Assembly (NCBI GenBank): GCA_036258175.1
Contig: DATAEE010000027.1
Coordinates: 2,779-66,778 of the forward strand
DNA from: Vicinamibacterales bacterium
GTDB lineage: Bacteria; Acidobacteriota; Vicinamibacteria; Vicinamibacterales; 2-12-FULL-66-21
Direction: 5' to 3'
DNA: 64,000 nt
Shown: in pieces, positions 28,628 to 38,129 of the stretch
Numbering within the stretch: position 1 is the stretch's first letter
Layout of the letters: each line of letters opens with the position of its first letter
Made by a program: the position numbers and the translations under genes
The notes under the pieces: generated by a model
The model's database searches: none
Seen by the model: the letters and a program-made list of their open reading frames with translations, nothing else
Told to the model about the DNA's origin: nothing

Positions 28628-28683
28628 CCCCGGCATTTCGGAGGAACTCCGTTCGGGCGGAGGAATACCGTTGAAATCCGGAG
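28628..28683. promoter_or_regulatory. Dyad cluster S4: three phased sites between divergent operons
   Basis: CCCCGGCATTTCGGAG (28628), CTCCGTTCGGGCGGAG (28647), CCGTTGAAATCCGGAG (28668). Spacing 19 and 21 bp. Confidence 0.5.
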
Positions 28684-28702
28684 CAAACGGCCGCGGCGCC
28701 CC

Positions 28703-28718
28703 CGGCACGGTGACTGCT
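28703..28718 (+). promoter_or_regulatory. Candidate sigma-54 promoter for the 28782-32554 genes
   Basis: CGGCACGGTGACTGCT: GGCACG-N4-CTGCT with correct spacing. 64 nt upstream of ATG 28782 and 69 bp from the centre of dyad 28628-28643. Confidence 0.5.
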
Positions 28719-28781
28719 CTTGCAGCAGGGCGGAGGTATAGTGTCCCTTACGCCCAAGTGCCGCCGGAAAGGAATTAGACG

Positions 28782-31184
28782 ATGACCCAGGGGAAACCGG
28801 GACGGCCAGTCGTGGCCATGCTCGCCGCACTCAGTTTGCTCGTCCAATCGCCAGCGCCGCTCGTCGCCGATCAGACGGCCGCAAAGCCGGCTTCGCAAGC
28901 ACCGCCGACTTCCGCCCAGCCAGCGACCCCGGCCGCAGCACAGCCGTCCGCGAAAACCGCCGCCGCCGCGCCGGCGCCCGTCGACGGTGGTTGGCCGCGT
29001 GTCTATAACGTTCCGAGCGGCGGCAGCCTGTTGATGTATCAGCCGCAGATCGCCAGTTGGGACAAGCAAGCCCACGTTGTGGCGTTCAGCGCCGTGTCCT
29101 ATCGCACGAAGACGGCGGAGAAGCCGCTCGTCGGCACGATCAAACTCGAAGCGGATACGAAGACCGCGATTGAGGAGCGGCTCGTCAGACTCCAGAACAT
29201 GAAGATCGCGGAAGCGAACTTTCAAAACCTGCCGAAGGAACAGGTACGCGAGATCGTCGCCGAAATCGACAAGGCGGTTCCCGACGACGACCGCGTGATC
29301 GCGCTGGATCGAGTCCTCGCAAACGTGGACAAGAGCGCGATCATTCCGAAGAACGTCGAAGGCATCAAGGCCGATCCGCCGACGATCTTTTTCAGCAAGA
29401 CGCCTGCAGTGATCGTGAATCTCGACGGCGAGCCCGTCTGGAGCCCGATCAAAGAAAACGATCTGAAATTCGCCGTGAATACGAACTGGGATCTGTTTCA
29501 ACACGGCCCGACCGCCACGTTGTATCTTCGGAACGACGACTCATGGTTGAAGGCCCGGGACCTGAAGGGGCCCTGGTCCCCTGCCGGAACGCTCCCCGAC
29601 AGCTTCAAGAAGCTGCCGGCTGAAGAAAACTGGAAGGAAGTCAAAGCGAGTCTGCCCGGCAGATCGATCAGCGCGTCGGCCGTACCAAAGGTCTTCGTCA
29701 GTAATCAGCCGGCCGAGCTCATTCTGCTCAGCGGCGAACCGAACTACCTCCTCGTGCAGGGCACCGATCTCCTGTGGGTGAGCAACACGGACAGCGACGT
29801 GTTCCGCATGGGGAAGGCCGGAAAGGTCTATTACCTCGTGGCCGGCCGCTGGTTTTCGGCGCCGGACTTCACGGGACCATGGACGTTCGCGACGCCGTCG
29901 CTTCCGGCCGACTTCAAGAAGATTCCGCTCGAGCACGACCGGTCGCGCGTGCTGGCATCGGTGCCGGGCACCGATCAAGCCGCGGAAGCCGTCCTGATCG
30001 CCCAGGTGCCGCAGACCGCGCGCGTCAACAAGAAAGAACTGAAGGCTCCCGAGGTCGCGTTCCAGGGCGACCCGCAGTTCACACCGATCGAAAAGACCAC
30101 CGTGCAGCGGGCAGTGAACACCGACAAGGACGTCTTCAAGGTCGGCGATCTGTACTACATGTGCTACCAGGGCGTGTGGTTCGAGAGCAAGGCCTCCTCC
30201 GGTCCATGGTCAGTGGCGGAGTCGGTACCTGAAGCGATCTACCAGATCCCAGTCAGCTCACCGGCACATCACGTGACGTATGTCACCGTCGAAGACGACG
30301 ATGACGACGACTGGGTCGTGTATGCGGCCGCGGCCGGCTATACAGGCATGATGGTCGCGTGGGGCTGCACGGTCTGGGGTTCGGGTTATTACTATCCGCC
30401 CTACATCGGCTGGGGCGGCTACTATCCTTATTACTACCCGCATTTCCCGACTTACGGTTACTCCGCCTGGTACAACCCCTGGACCGGTGCATACGGACGC
30501 AGCGCAAGAGTCTACGGTCCGTACGGCGGCGCGGGAGTAGGAGCGCGGTACAACCCGCGCACCGGAACGTACTCCCGGGGCGCGGCGGCATGGGGACCGT
30601 ACGGCGCGCGCGGCGTCGCCCAGGCATATAACCCCCGCACGGGCGCGTACGCACAAACGCGTCAGGGTTCGAACGTGTACGGCAGCTGGGGCTCGACCTC
30701 CGTGCAGCGCGGCGACGACTGGGCGAAGACCAATCGCTACACGAACAACAGAACCGGCAACACCACGCGGACCGTTCGAACGGACGACGGTGGAGCCGTC
30801 ACCCGGCGCGGCTCCGACGGCGGCTTCGTCGGCGCCGGCAGCGAGGGCAACATCTACGCGGGAAAGGACGGGAACGCATACCGGCGACAGGACGGAACCT
30901 GGCAGAAATACGATAACGGCGGATGGCAGAACACAGACAAGCAGCCCAGCGGTGAGCGGCCGCAGCCAACCACCGGCCAGGAACGAACAGGCGCTTCGAA
31001 CCGCAGCAGCAGCATCGATCAGAGCACGCGGGATCAACTCGATCGCGACGCCGCCGCGCGCCGCGAGGGGGCGACCCGTACGCAGAACTACGGCAACTAT
31101 CGGAGCGGTTCCGGCTCGCCCAGCACCTATCGCGGCGGCGGCTCTCGCGGCGGCGGACGCGGCGGCGGAGGACGGCGACGGTAG
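28782..31184 (+). CDS. Large secreted repeat protein (800 aa) with poly-Asp / Tyr-Gly-rich / RGG tail
   Basis: Signal plus Pro/Ala-rich linker. Three W..x..GPW..A...P.....IP repeats. VEDDDDDD, YYYPPYIGWGGYYPYYYP, three YNP(R/W)TG repeats, ends GGGSRGGGRGGGGRRR. Confidence 0.75.
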   Translation: MTQGKPGRPVVAMLAALSLLVQSPAPLVADQTAAKPASQAPPTSAQPATPAAAQPSAKTAAAAPAPVDGGWPRVYNVPSGGSLLMYQPQIASWDKQAHVVAFSAVSYRTKTAEKPLVGTIKLEADTKTAIEERLVRLQNMKIAEANFQNLPKEQVREIVAEIDKAVPDDDRVIALDRVLANVDKSAIIPKNVEGIKADPPTIFFSKTPAVIVNLDGEPVWSPIKENDLKFAVNTNWDLFQHGPTATLYLRNDDSWLKARDLKGPWSPAGTLPDSFKKLPAEENWKEVKASLPGRSISASAVPKVFVSNQPAELILLSGEPNYLLVQGTDLLWVSNTDSDVFRMGKAGKVYYLVAGRWFSAPDFTGPWTFATPSLPADFKKIPLEHDRSRVLASVPGTDQAAEAVLIAQVPQTARVNKKELKAPEVAFQGDPQFTPIEKTTVQRAVNTDKDVFKVGDLYYMCYQGVWFESKASSGPWSVAESVPEAIYQIPVSSPAHHVTYVTVEDDDDDDWVVYAAAAGYTGMMVAWGCTVWGSGYYYPPYIGWGGYYPYYYPHFPTYGYSAWYNPWTGAYGRSARVYGPYGGAGVGARYNPRTGTYSRGAAAWGPYGARGVAQAYNPRTGAYAQTRQGSNVYGSWGSTSVQRGDDWAKTNRYTNNRTGNTTRTVRTDDGGAVTRRGSDGGFVGAGSEGNIYAGKDGNAYRRQDGTWQKYDNGGWQNTDKQPSGERPQPTTGQERTGASNRSSSIDQSTRDQLDRDAAARREGATRTQNYGNYRSGSGSPSTYRGGGSRGGGRGGGGRRR

Positions 31185-31253
31185 CCCGGTGCAGATTGCT
31201 AAATGTGGAACTCCCTGAGTGGACTGAAAGAGATTGCGGTAAAGTAGCGCGCC

Positions 31254-31880
31254 ATGCGCAAGTACGTCAGCGAGTTCATCGGGACGTTTTTCCTGCTTTT
31301 GACGATCGGGTGCACCGGCATCGCGGCAGGACCGGGTGTGATCGCCCCGCTCGCCATCGGTTCGGTATTGATGGTCATGATCTACGCGGGCGGCCACGTG
31401 TCGGGGGCGCACTACAACCCGGCGGTCACCCTCGGCGTCTTCCTGCGGGGGCGATGCCCGGCCGGAGATGTCGCGCCGTACATGGGCGCCCAGATCGCGG
31501 GCGCCATCGCCGCCGCGGCGGTCGTGATGTTCCTCAAGGGGAACGAGCCCGTCGCGCCGTTCGACGCTCCCGTCGCGCCCGCCCTGGTGGCGGAATTCCT
31601 GTTCACGTTTGCGCTCGTCTACGTGATCCTGAACGTCGCGACGGCGAAGGCGACCTCCGGCAACTCGTACTTTGGCCTCGCGATCGGCTTCACGGTCCTC
31701 GCCGGAGCATTCGCCGTAGGAAACGTGTCCGGCGGAGCCTTCAACCCTGCGGTCGCGATCGGAGCCTCGATCCTGCGCCTTCTGCCCTGGTCGAACATCT
31801 GGATCTATCTCGTCGCCGACCTGCTCGGAGGGGCGGCGGCAGCGTTCGTGTTCACGTCGGTGAACCCGAACGACCGATAG
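31254..31880 (+). CDS. MIP-family channel (aquaporin-like)
   Basis: Two NPA boxes (HYNPAVTLG, AFNPAVAIG), six TM segments, 208 aa. Confidence 0.9.
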   Translation: MRKYVSEFIGTFFLLLTIGCTGIAAGPGVIAPLAIGSVLMVMIYAGGHVSGAHYNPAVTLGVFLRGRCPAGDVAPYMGAQIAGAIAAAAVVMFLKGNEPVAPFDAPVAPALVAEFLFTFALVYVILNVATAKATSGNSYFGLAIGFTVLAGAFAVGNVSGGAFNPAVAIGASILRLLPWSNIWIYLVADLLGGAAAAFVFTSVNPNDR

Positions 31881-31915
31881 CCGGATTGTGTAGACCGTCC
31901 ACCCGAAGATAATGT

Positions 31916-32554
31916 GTGTCCATGACTCGACTTGCCTTGTCCGCTCTTCTCGCGTTCGGCCTGACGGCTTCGGAGGCCTCCGCCCAGTGGATCAAGAACA
32001 TGGCAAAGCGTTCCGGAGCAGGCGGATCGGTCGGAGGGATTTTCACGACTGACGACGACGTCAACGTCGGCCCCGCCTTTGGATTCAACTTCGGCCTCGC
32101 GCCCAAGCCAGGGCTCGGACCGACGCTGGGCTTCGGATGGTACCAAGGCGACCTGACGCTGTCCGACGTCTCCGGCGACACGGAGATCGGGCGCCTCCGG
32201 GTTCGTCCCATCATGGCGGGCATCGGGTACACGTGGGTGACGGGCCGAGTGGCCACCGGCGTGTCGCTGAACGCCGGCGTCAGCATCAACTCGATCCGGC
32301 TGAATGATCAGTACCGCAACTTCTTCGGACCCGGCACCGAGGTCACAGTCGACGCGAGCAACAGCTTCTGTGTCCGGCCTCAGATAAAGGTCGAATACGC
32401 GGTAGGGCGGAAAGTCGGCATCTTCTCGAGCGCCGGCTTCTTCTTCACCGAGTTCGACAACGTTATCGATACACCGGTCGGCCGCTTCGAGAACACGTGG
32501 GACGCGAGCAGCTTCAACGTGTTCGTGGGCGTGATGGTCTACCCGTTCAAGTGA
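31916..32554 (+). CDS. Small outer-membrane beta-barrel protein
   Basis: Signal LALSALLAFGLTASEASAQ, alternating-hydrophobic strands, C-terminal VGVMVYPFK. Confidence 0.65.
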   Translation: MSMTRLALSALLAFGLTASEASAQWIKNMAKRSGAGGSVGGIFTTDDDVNVGPAFGFNFGLAPKPGLGPTLGFGWYQGDLTLSDVSGDTEIGRLRVRPIMAGIGYTWVTGRVATGVSLNAGVSINSIRLNDQYRNFFGPGTEVTVDASNSFCVRPQIKVEYAVGRKVGIFSSAGFFFTEFDNVIDTPVGRFENTWDASSFNVFVGVMVYPFK

Positions 32555-33134
32555 GTCCGGCGCGCCGCAGCGCGTCGGCGTAGCTCTCCGGGGTGTTGCA
32601 CGTCCTGAAGCTTTCAAGATCGGGATCGACCTCCCGCAGCTCATCGGGCTGGACGCGCCGCACACGAACGTGGTCGAGCAGGTCTCGCGCGCGCAGCGCA
32701 CGCTTCGCGACGAGCGCCTCGATGACGGGCGCAATCGAGCGCGCATAGACCGCGGTCGTCATCATCGGATAGGCGTCGATCACCGGCACCGCGGCGTCGT
32801 ACCCCGCGCTCAGATCCAGGAGCCGCCCGATCAGCGCCGGACGGAGGAACGGCAGGTCGCACGCCGTCAGAAACGCCCTGTCGGCCCTCACATGACGCAG
32901 GCCGACCATCAGGCCGGCGAGCGGTCCGAGGCCTTCCGCCGGATCGCGCACGGCTTCGAAGCCCGCAGGAAGCGTTTGTCCCTCCCGCGCTACCAGCACC
33001 ACGTCGTCAGCCGCCTCGCGAACGATTCGCACGACCCGACCGAGAAGCGTTTCACTGCCGAACAGAAGCGACGCTTTGTCGCGTCCCATTCGCGTCGAGC
33101 GTCCGCCGCAGAGCACGATGGCCGAGTGAGTCAC
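32547..33134 (-). CDS. mobA: Molybdenum cofactor guanylyltransferase
   Basis: AIVLCGGRSTRMGRDKA...GPLAGL...ACDLPFL motifs. Confidence 0.85.
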   Translation of the reverse strand: MTHSAIVLCGGRSTRMGRDKASLLFGSETLLGRVVRIVREAADDVVLVAREGQTLPAGFEAVRDPAEGLGPLAGLMVGLRHVRADRAFLTACDLPFLRPALIGRLLDLSAGYDAAVPVIDAYPMMTTAVYARSIAPVIEALVAKRALRARDLLDHVRVRRVQPDELREVDPDLESFRTCNTPESYADALRRAGLT

Positions 33135-33151
33135 GACTATAATTCTGCGCC

Positions 33152-33631
33152 TTGATCATCATTCTCATGGGGGTTTCCGGATCGGGCAAGACGACGGTCG
33201 GGAAACTCCTCGCGAGCGAGCTGGGATGGGAATTCCTTGAAGCGGACGACTTTCATCCGCCCGCAAACATCGAGAAAATGCAGCGAGGCATACCGCTCGA
33301 CGACACGGATCGCGATCCGTGGCTTGATGCAATCGCGAAGGCGCTCGAAGCGCGGGTGCGGTCCGGCACGAACGCGGTGCTCGCCTGCTCGGCGCTCAAG
33401 CAGGCGCATCGCAAGCGTCTCCGCGTGAGTCCCGACGTTCGCTTCGTTTACCTGAAAGGATCGTTCGAAGAGATCGAGGAGCGGCTTCGCGATCGACGCG
33501 GACACTTCTTCTCACCGGATCTGCTCGAGAGCCAGTTCGAGGCGCTCGAAGAGCCACGCGACGCGCTCGTCGTGAACGTCTCGGACCCACCCGAGACGAT
33601 CGTCCGTCAGATCATGCGTACGCTGGAATAG
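33152..33631 (+). CDS. gntK: Gluconokinase
   Basis: [13 protein letters not shown]...[27 protein letters not shown]...ACSALK. TTG 33152 or ATG 33167 start. Confidence 0.85.
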   Translation: MIIILMGVSGSGKTTVGKLLASELGWEFLEADDFHPPANIEKMQRGIPLDDTDRDPWLDAIAKALEARVRSGTNAVLACSALKQAHRKRLRVSPDVRFVYLKGSFEEIEERLRDRRGHFFSPDLLESQFEALEEPRDALVVNVSDPPETIVRQIMRTLE

Positions 33632-35015
33632 TCGTCCTGTGAGGGGTGTTCCACCCGCCGACTTCCTTAGCCAGCGCCTCCGCTTCGGGCGGACCCCAAG
33701 TGCCGGGATCGTACTCGTGCAAGCGACCGCCGTCGCGGATGACAGGATCGACGATGGCCCATGCCGCTTCGACGACGTCCTGCCGCGCGAAGAGCGTGGC
33801 GTCGCCGGCGATTGCGTCGCCGAGCAGGCGCTCGTAGGCTTCCATCCGTCCTTCGCTCCCCTGCTCCGGCAATCGCACGACCGACAGCTCGACCGGCTCG
33901 CCTGTCATTCCCTCGCCGGGAGTCTTCGCCCGCGCCCCTACCGCGATCTCGACCTCGGGGCTCACACGGAAGCGCACGTAGTTTCCGAGCGGCGGCGTCG
34001 GCTCTTTGAACACGACGAGCGGCGGGTTTCGCAGCTCGACGATCACTTCTGTCGCGGTAATCGCGAGGCGTTTGCCCGCCCGAACGTAGAACGGCACCCC
34101 TTCCCAGCGCCACGAATCGACATGCAGCCGCAGCGCCGCGTAAGCAGGTACCGATGAGTCTTTCGCGACGTTCGGTTCGCTTCGGTAGCCGCGGTACTGA
34201 CCGATGATGATCTGGTCGGGCCTGAGCGGCCGTACCGTGCGCAGCACCTTGACCTGCTCGTCGTGGATTGCCTCGGCGTTCATCCCGGCCGGCGCTTCCA
34301 TCGCGAGATAGGTCACGATCTGCAGGAGGTGATTCTGGATGACGTCCCGGATGACACCCATCTCTTCGTACAGCTTGCCGCGACCTTCCACCCCGAACCG
34401 CTCGGCCATCGTAATCTGCACGTTCTCGACGTAGTGTCTGTTCCAGATCGGCTCGAGGAACGCGTTCGAGAAGCGGAAGTACAGAATGTTCTGCACCGCT
34501 TCCTTGCCCAGGTAGTGATCGATGCGGAAGATCGCTTCCTCCGGAAAGACCTCGTGCAGCGTCTCGTTGAGCGCACGTGCGGACGCGAAATCCCGCCCGA
34601 ACGGTTTCTCCACGATGACTCGCGCGCCGTGTGTGCATCCAGCCTCCTTGAGCTGGCGCACCACGACCGGGAACATGCTCGGCGGGATCGCGAGGTAGTG
34701 CGCCGGTCGCGCCGCGTTGCCGAGCTCCTGCCGCAGCCGCTGGAAGGTCTTCGGATCGTTGTAGTCGCCGTCGACGTAGTGGAGGCAATCGGCGAGCTTC
34801 GGGAAGGCGTCTCGATCAACGCCGCCGCCGTGCTCGGCGACGCTCGCCTTCGCCCGCTCGATCAGGTCGTCTCGCGTCCAGCCGGATCGGCCGACGCCGA
34901 CGATCTCGAAATCGAGACGCCCACGGCGCGCCATCGCCTGGAACGCGGGAAAGATCTTCTTGTAGGCCAGGTCGCCCGAGGCACCGAAGAAGACGAGGGC
35001 GTCAGATCTATTCAT
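33612..35015 (-). CDS. zwf: Glucose-6-phosphate dehydrogenase
   Basis: [25 protein letters not shown], 467 aa. Confidence 0.93.
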   Translation of the reverse strand: MNRSDALVFFGASGDLAYKKIFPAFQAMARRGRLDFEIVGVGRSGWTRDDLIERAKASVAEHGGGVDRDAFPKLADCLHYVDGDYNDPKTFQRLRQELGNAARPAHYLAIPPSMFPVVVRQLKEAGCTHGARVIVEKPFGRDFASARALNETLHEVFPEEAIFRIDHYLGKEAVQNILYFRFSNAFLEPIWNRHYVENVQITMAERFGVEGRGKLYEEMGVIRDVIQNHLLQIVTYLAMEAPAGMNAEAIHDEQVKVLRTVRPLRPDQIIIGQYRGYRSEPNVAKDSSVPAYAALRLHVDSWRWEGVPFYVRAGKRLAITATEVIVELRNPPLVVFKEPTPPLGNYVRFRVSPEVEIAVGARAKTPGEGMTGEPVELSVVRLPEQGSEGRMEAYERLLGDAIAGDATLFARQDVVEAAWAIVDPVIRDGGRLHEYDPGTWGPPEAEALAKEVGGWNTPHRTTIPAYA

Positions 35016-35037
35016 ACAGTCTCGTCCGTCAGCCGGA

Positions 35038-36048
35038 TCAACGTTTCTCCGTGTGGCCCCCGAACCCGAAGCGCATCGCTGACAGCACCTGGTTCGCGAA
35101 CAGGTCGTGGCCGCGGGACGCGAAGCGCTCGAAGAGCGCCGCGGTCAGCACGTGCGCCGGCACGCCCTCATCGTTCGCGGCCTGCACCGTCCACCGGCCT
35201 TCGCCCGAGTCGGCAACCGTGCCGCCGAACTTCTCCAGCGTGGGATCGGCGGCCAGCGCCTGCGCCGTCAGGTCGAGGAGCCATGAACTGATGACGCTTC
35301 CCCGCCGCCAGACCTCCGTCACGTCCGCCAGATCGAAATCGTACTGGTAGTGTTCCGGGTGCCTCAGCGGCGCGGTCTCCGCGTCTTTCTCGTGGGTCGC
35401 CTTGCCGATGTCCGCGCGTTTCAGAATGTTCAGGCCTTCCGCGAACGCCGCCATCAGGCCGTACTCGATCCCGTTATGGATCATCTTCACGAAGTGCCCG
35501 GCGCCCGAGGGGCCGCAGTGGAGATACCCGTGCTCGGCCGTGCTCTGCCGTTCCTCGCGCCCGGGTGTGCGCGCGATGTGACCCGGGCCCGGAGCGAGCG
35601 TCCTGAAGATCGGGTCTAGCCGTGCTACCACTTCCTTCTCGCCGCCAATCATCAGGCAATAGCCGCGCTCGAGTCCCCAGACGCCACCGCTCGTGCCCAT
35701 GTCAACGTAGTGCATGCTGCGCGCCTTCAGCCGCTGCGCGCGGGCGATGTCGTCCTGATAGTGGGAGTTTCCGCCGTCGATGAAGGTATCGCCGCCGGCA
35801 GCGAGAGGCACCAGCTCATCGAGCGTGCCATCCACGATCGCGGCCGGCACCATGAGACAGATCGCCCGCGGTGGTGTGAGCTTGGCGACGAAGTCGGCGA
35901 GCGTCGATCCGCCCACCGCCCCTTCCTTGACGAGCGCATCGACCGCCGCCGCCGACCGGTCATAGACCACGCACGCATGGCCCCCGCGCATCAGGCGGCG
36001 GACCATGTTTCCACCCATTCGGCCGAGGCCGATCATGCCGAGCTGCAT
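35038..36048 (-). CDS. gnd: 6-phosphogluconate dehydrogenase, decarboxylating (short GntZ/YqeC-like form)
   Basis: [15 protein letters not shown] Rossmann N-terminus; [14 protein letters not shown]. The ORF track extends to TTG 36057. Confidence 0.85.
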   Translation of the reverse strand: MQLGMIGLGRMGGNMVRRLMRGGHACVVYDRSAAAVDALVKEGAVGGSTLADFVAKLTPPRAICLMVPAAIVDGTLDELVPLAAGGDTFIDGGNSHYQDDIARAQRLKARSMHYVDMGTSGGVWGLERGYCLMIGGEKEVVARLDPIFRTLAPGPGHIARTPGREERQSTAEHGYLHCGPSGAGHFVKMIHNGIEYGLMAAFAEGLNILKRADIGKATHEKDAETAPLRHPEHYQYDFDLADVTEVWRRGSVISSWLLDLTAQALAADPTLEKFGGTVADSGEGRWTVQAANDEGVPAHVLTAALFERFASRGHDLFANQVLSAMRFGFGGHTEKR

Positions 36049-36078
36049 TCGTGACAAGCCCCCAAAAGGGGAACTATG

Positions 36079-36676
36079 TCACAGCCGTCGATCGCCGGAA
36101 AGGGACGCGGGCGCGACGCCGATCTGCTCCAGCACGCGCGCGACGATGCGATCGCACCGCGAGGCGTGGAATTGAAACGCTTCGGAGGTGGCGGCGCCGG
36201 CGCGCGCGTACAGCTCATCGCGGAGCAGCCCGCGCGCGCGGTGCAGGCGGGTCTTGACGGTATCCTCGTTGATCTCCAGGCACTCGGCTGTGTCCGTCCA
36301 CCGCCGCCTCGAGCATCCGTCCGACCTCGCTCGCGAACGCCTGGTGCTCGGGATCCGGTAGCCGCGACGGAGGCTCAACCATCTTCGTGTCGATCGGCTG
36401 GTTTTCATCCGCCGGCCGGCGGCGGCGCGCACGCGCGAGCGCTTCGTGGACGGCGATCTTCGTCAGCCACGTCGCGAACCGCGCACGTTCCGCGAACTGA
36501 TCCAGGTGAAAGAACGCGTTCACGTATGCCTGCTGGATCGCATCCTCGATCTCGTTCGAGTTGCCCATGATCGAGCGCACGACCCGATAGAGCCGCTGGT
36601 TGTACCGGCGCATCAGCACTTCGAACCGCGCCGTATCACCTGCACGGACGAGTCGGAGCAGCTCTTCATCAGACAT
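36079..36676 (-). pseudogene. ECF sigma-70 family factor disrupted by an internal out-of-frame deletion
   Basis: Region 2 (YNQRLYRVVRSIMGN..DAIQQAYVNAF...FATWLTKIAVHEA) is in the frame of ORF 36215-36727. Region 4.2 (TAECLEINEDTVKTRLHRARGLLR) is in the frame of ORF 36079-36432. About 20 codons of region 4.1 are missing at about 36293-36299. Confidence 0.7.
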
Positions 36677-36716
36677 ACAGATAAAGAGTAGGCGAGAGGC
36701 AAAAAGGTTCCCAGGC

Positions 36717-36743
36717 CGCAGATTCACGCAGATGAACGCAGAT
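36717..36743. repeat. Three CGCAGAT direct repeats with exact 10-bp period
   Basis: CGCAGATtcaCGCAGATgaaCGCAGAT, in the spacer between the divergent sigma and cytochrome genes. Confidence 0.6.
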
Positions 36744-36796
36744 CTCGCTTGTCACCTCGGTACTCCGGCGCACTCTATAGAAAAAGGAGGGGGTTC

Positions 36797-38125
36797 ATGC
36801 GCTGTTCCGTGATGCTCGTGCTGGCAGCCGCCGCATGCGGCTGGGCCTTGTCGCTCGCTAGTGCCGCGACCTCGCGCGATGACGACCATCGGTCAAGGAC
36901 ACACGACGATCAGCTGTTCGTCCAATCGGCGCGCATGCTGCGCGACGGACGAAAGACGTTCCGGTTCGACACGTTCGGCGACGAAGCATTCTGGGGCGGC
37001 ACGATCAGGCTGCACGAGGCGATCGCCGGCGCGAAGCTCGGCGGCGTGGGGCCTGGCGTCAGCCCGAAGGCCGCGCTGGGCATCGGCCTCAAAGTCGATC
37101 TCGAAAAGCTGCCGCGCGAACTCGTGCGCAGCCTCCCTCGCGGAGATGTCAACCTCGACGACCCTGCCACGCCGCTCGCCCTGCTCCGGCTCAATGCCGT
37201 CGTCGGCGTAACTGGGTTTTTCGACGGAGGGCGGCTCACCTCGATCGGCATTCAGTGCGCGCTCTGCCACTCGACGGTCGACAACGCCTTCGCGTCCGGC
37301 ATCGGCCGCCGGCTCGACGGTTGGGCGAATCGCGATCTAACGTAGGGGGTCTCGTCGCGCTCGCTCCCCAGTTGCAGCCGGTGGCCGACGTTCTGGGCGT
37401 GGATGTGGCGACGGTGAGGAAAGTGCTCGCCGCCTGGGAGCCCGGAAAATTCGACGCCGAGCTGCTCCTCGACGGCAAGGGATTCAGGCCCGATGGAAAG
37501 ACCGCCGCCACGCTGATCCCTCCGGCCTTCGGCCTGGCCGGCGTGAATCTGCACACCTGGACCGGCTGGGGCGGCGTGAGCCACTGGAATGCCTTCGTCG
37601 CCAACATCGAAATGCACGGGTCGGGCATCTTCTACGACCCGCGGCTGGACGACGCGTCGCAGTTCCCGCTCGCCGCACGAAACGGCTTCGGGAACATCCG
37701 CAACTCTCCGGATCGCATCACGCCACAGCTCGGCGCATTGCAGTTCTACTAGCTCGGCGTTGCAGGCACCCCCGGCGCCGTCGCACCTGTTCGACTCGGA
37801 ACTGGCGAGGCGAGGCAAGGATCTGTTCAACGGCCGGGCGCAGTGCTCAACCTGCCACGTGCCGCCGCTCTTCACCGAGCCCGGGTGGAACATGCACACG
37901 GCTGAAGAGATCGGCATCGATCGGTTCCAGGCGGATCGCGCGCCGGATTGGCGCTACCGGACGTCCCCGTTGAAGGGCCTCTGGACGTACATGAAGGGCG
38001 GCTTCTATCACGACGGCCGGTTCGCGACGCTTCGCGCCGTCGTCGACCACTACGACAGCCTGCTCGCGCTCGGCCTTTCGGATCAGCAGAAGCGCGAGCT
38101 GATCGAGTACTTGAAGTCGCTGTGA
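36797..38125 (+). pseudogene. Di-haem cytochrome c family protein interrupted by two compensating frameshifts
   Basis: Signal MRCSVMLVLAAAACGWALSLASA after an AAGGAGG RBS; CALCHS and CSTCHV haem motifs. The reading frame switches near 37336-37345 (stop TAG 37343) and returns near 37747-37752 (stop TAG 37750). Pieces are ORFs 36749-37345, 37255-37752 and 37589-38125. Confidence 0.7.
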
Positions 38126-38129
38126 CGGC

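Noticed and set aside
33138-33143. Perfect TATAAT in the 17-nt spacer between mobA and gntK.
   Set aside because: There is no convincing -35 box (CACGAT). It would give a leaderless TTG-start mRNA, so the call is too weak.
36706-36711. GGAACC (minus strand) as an ECF-type -35 box for autoregulation of the sigma gene.
   Set aside because: There is no CGT-type -10 at 16-17 nt, and the predicted start would fall on the start codon.
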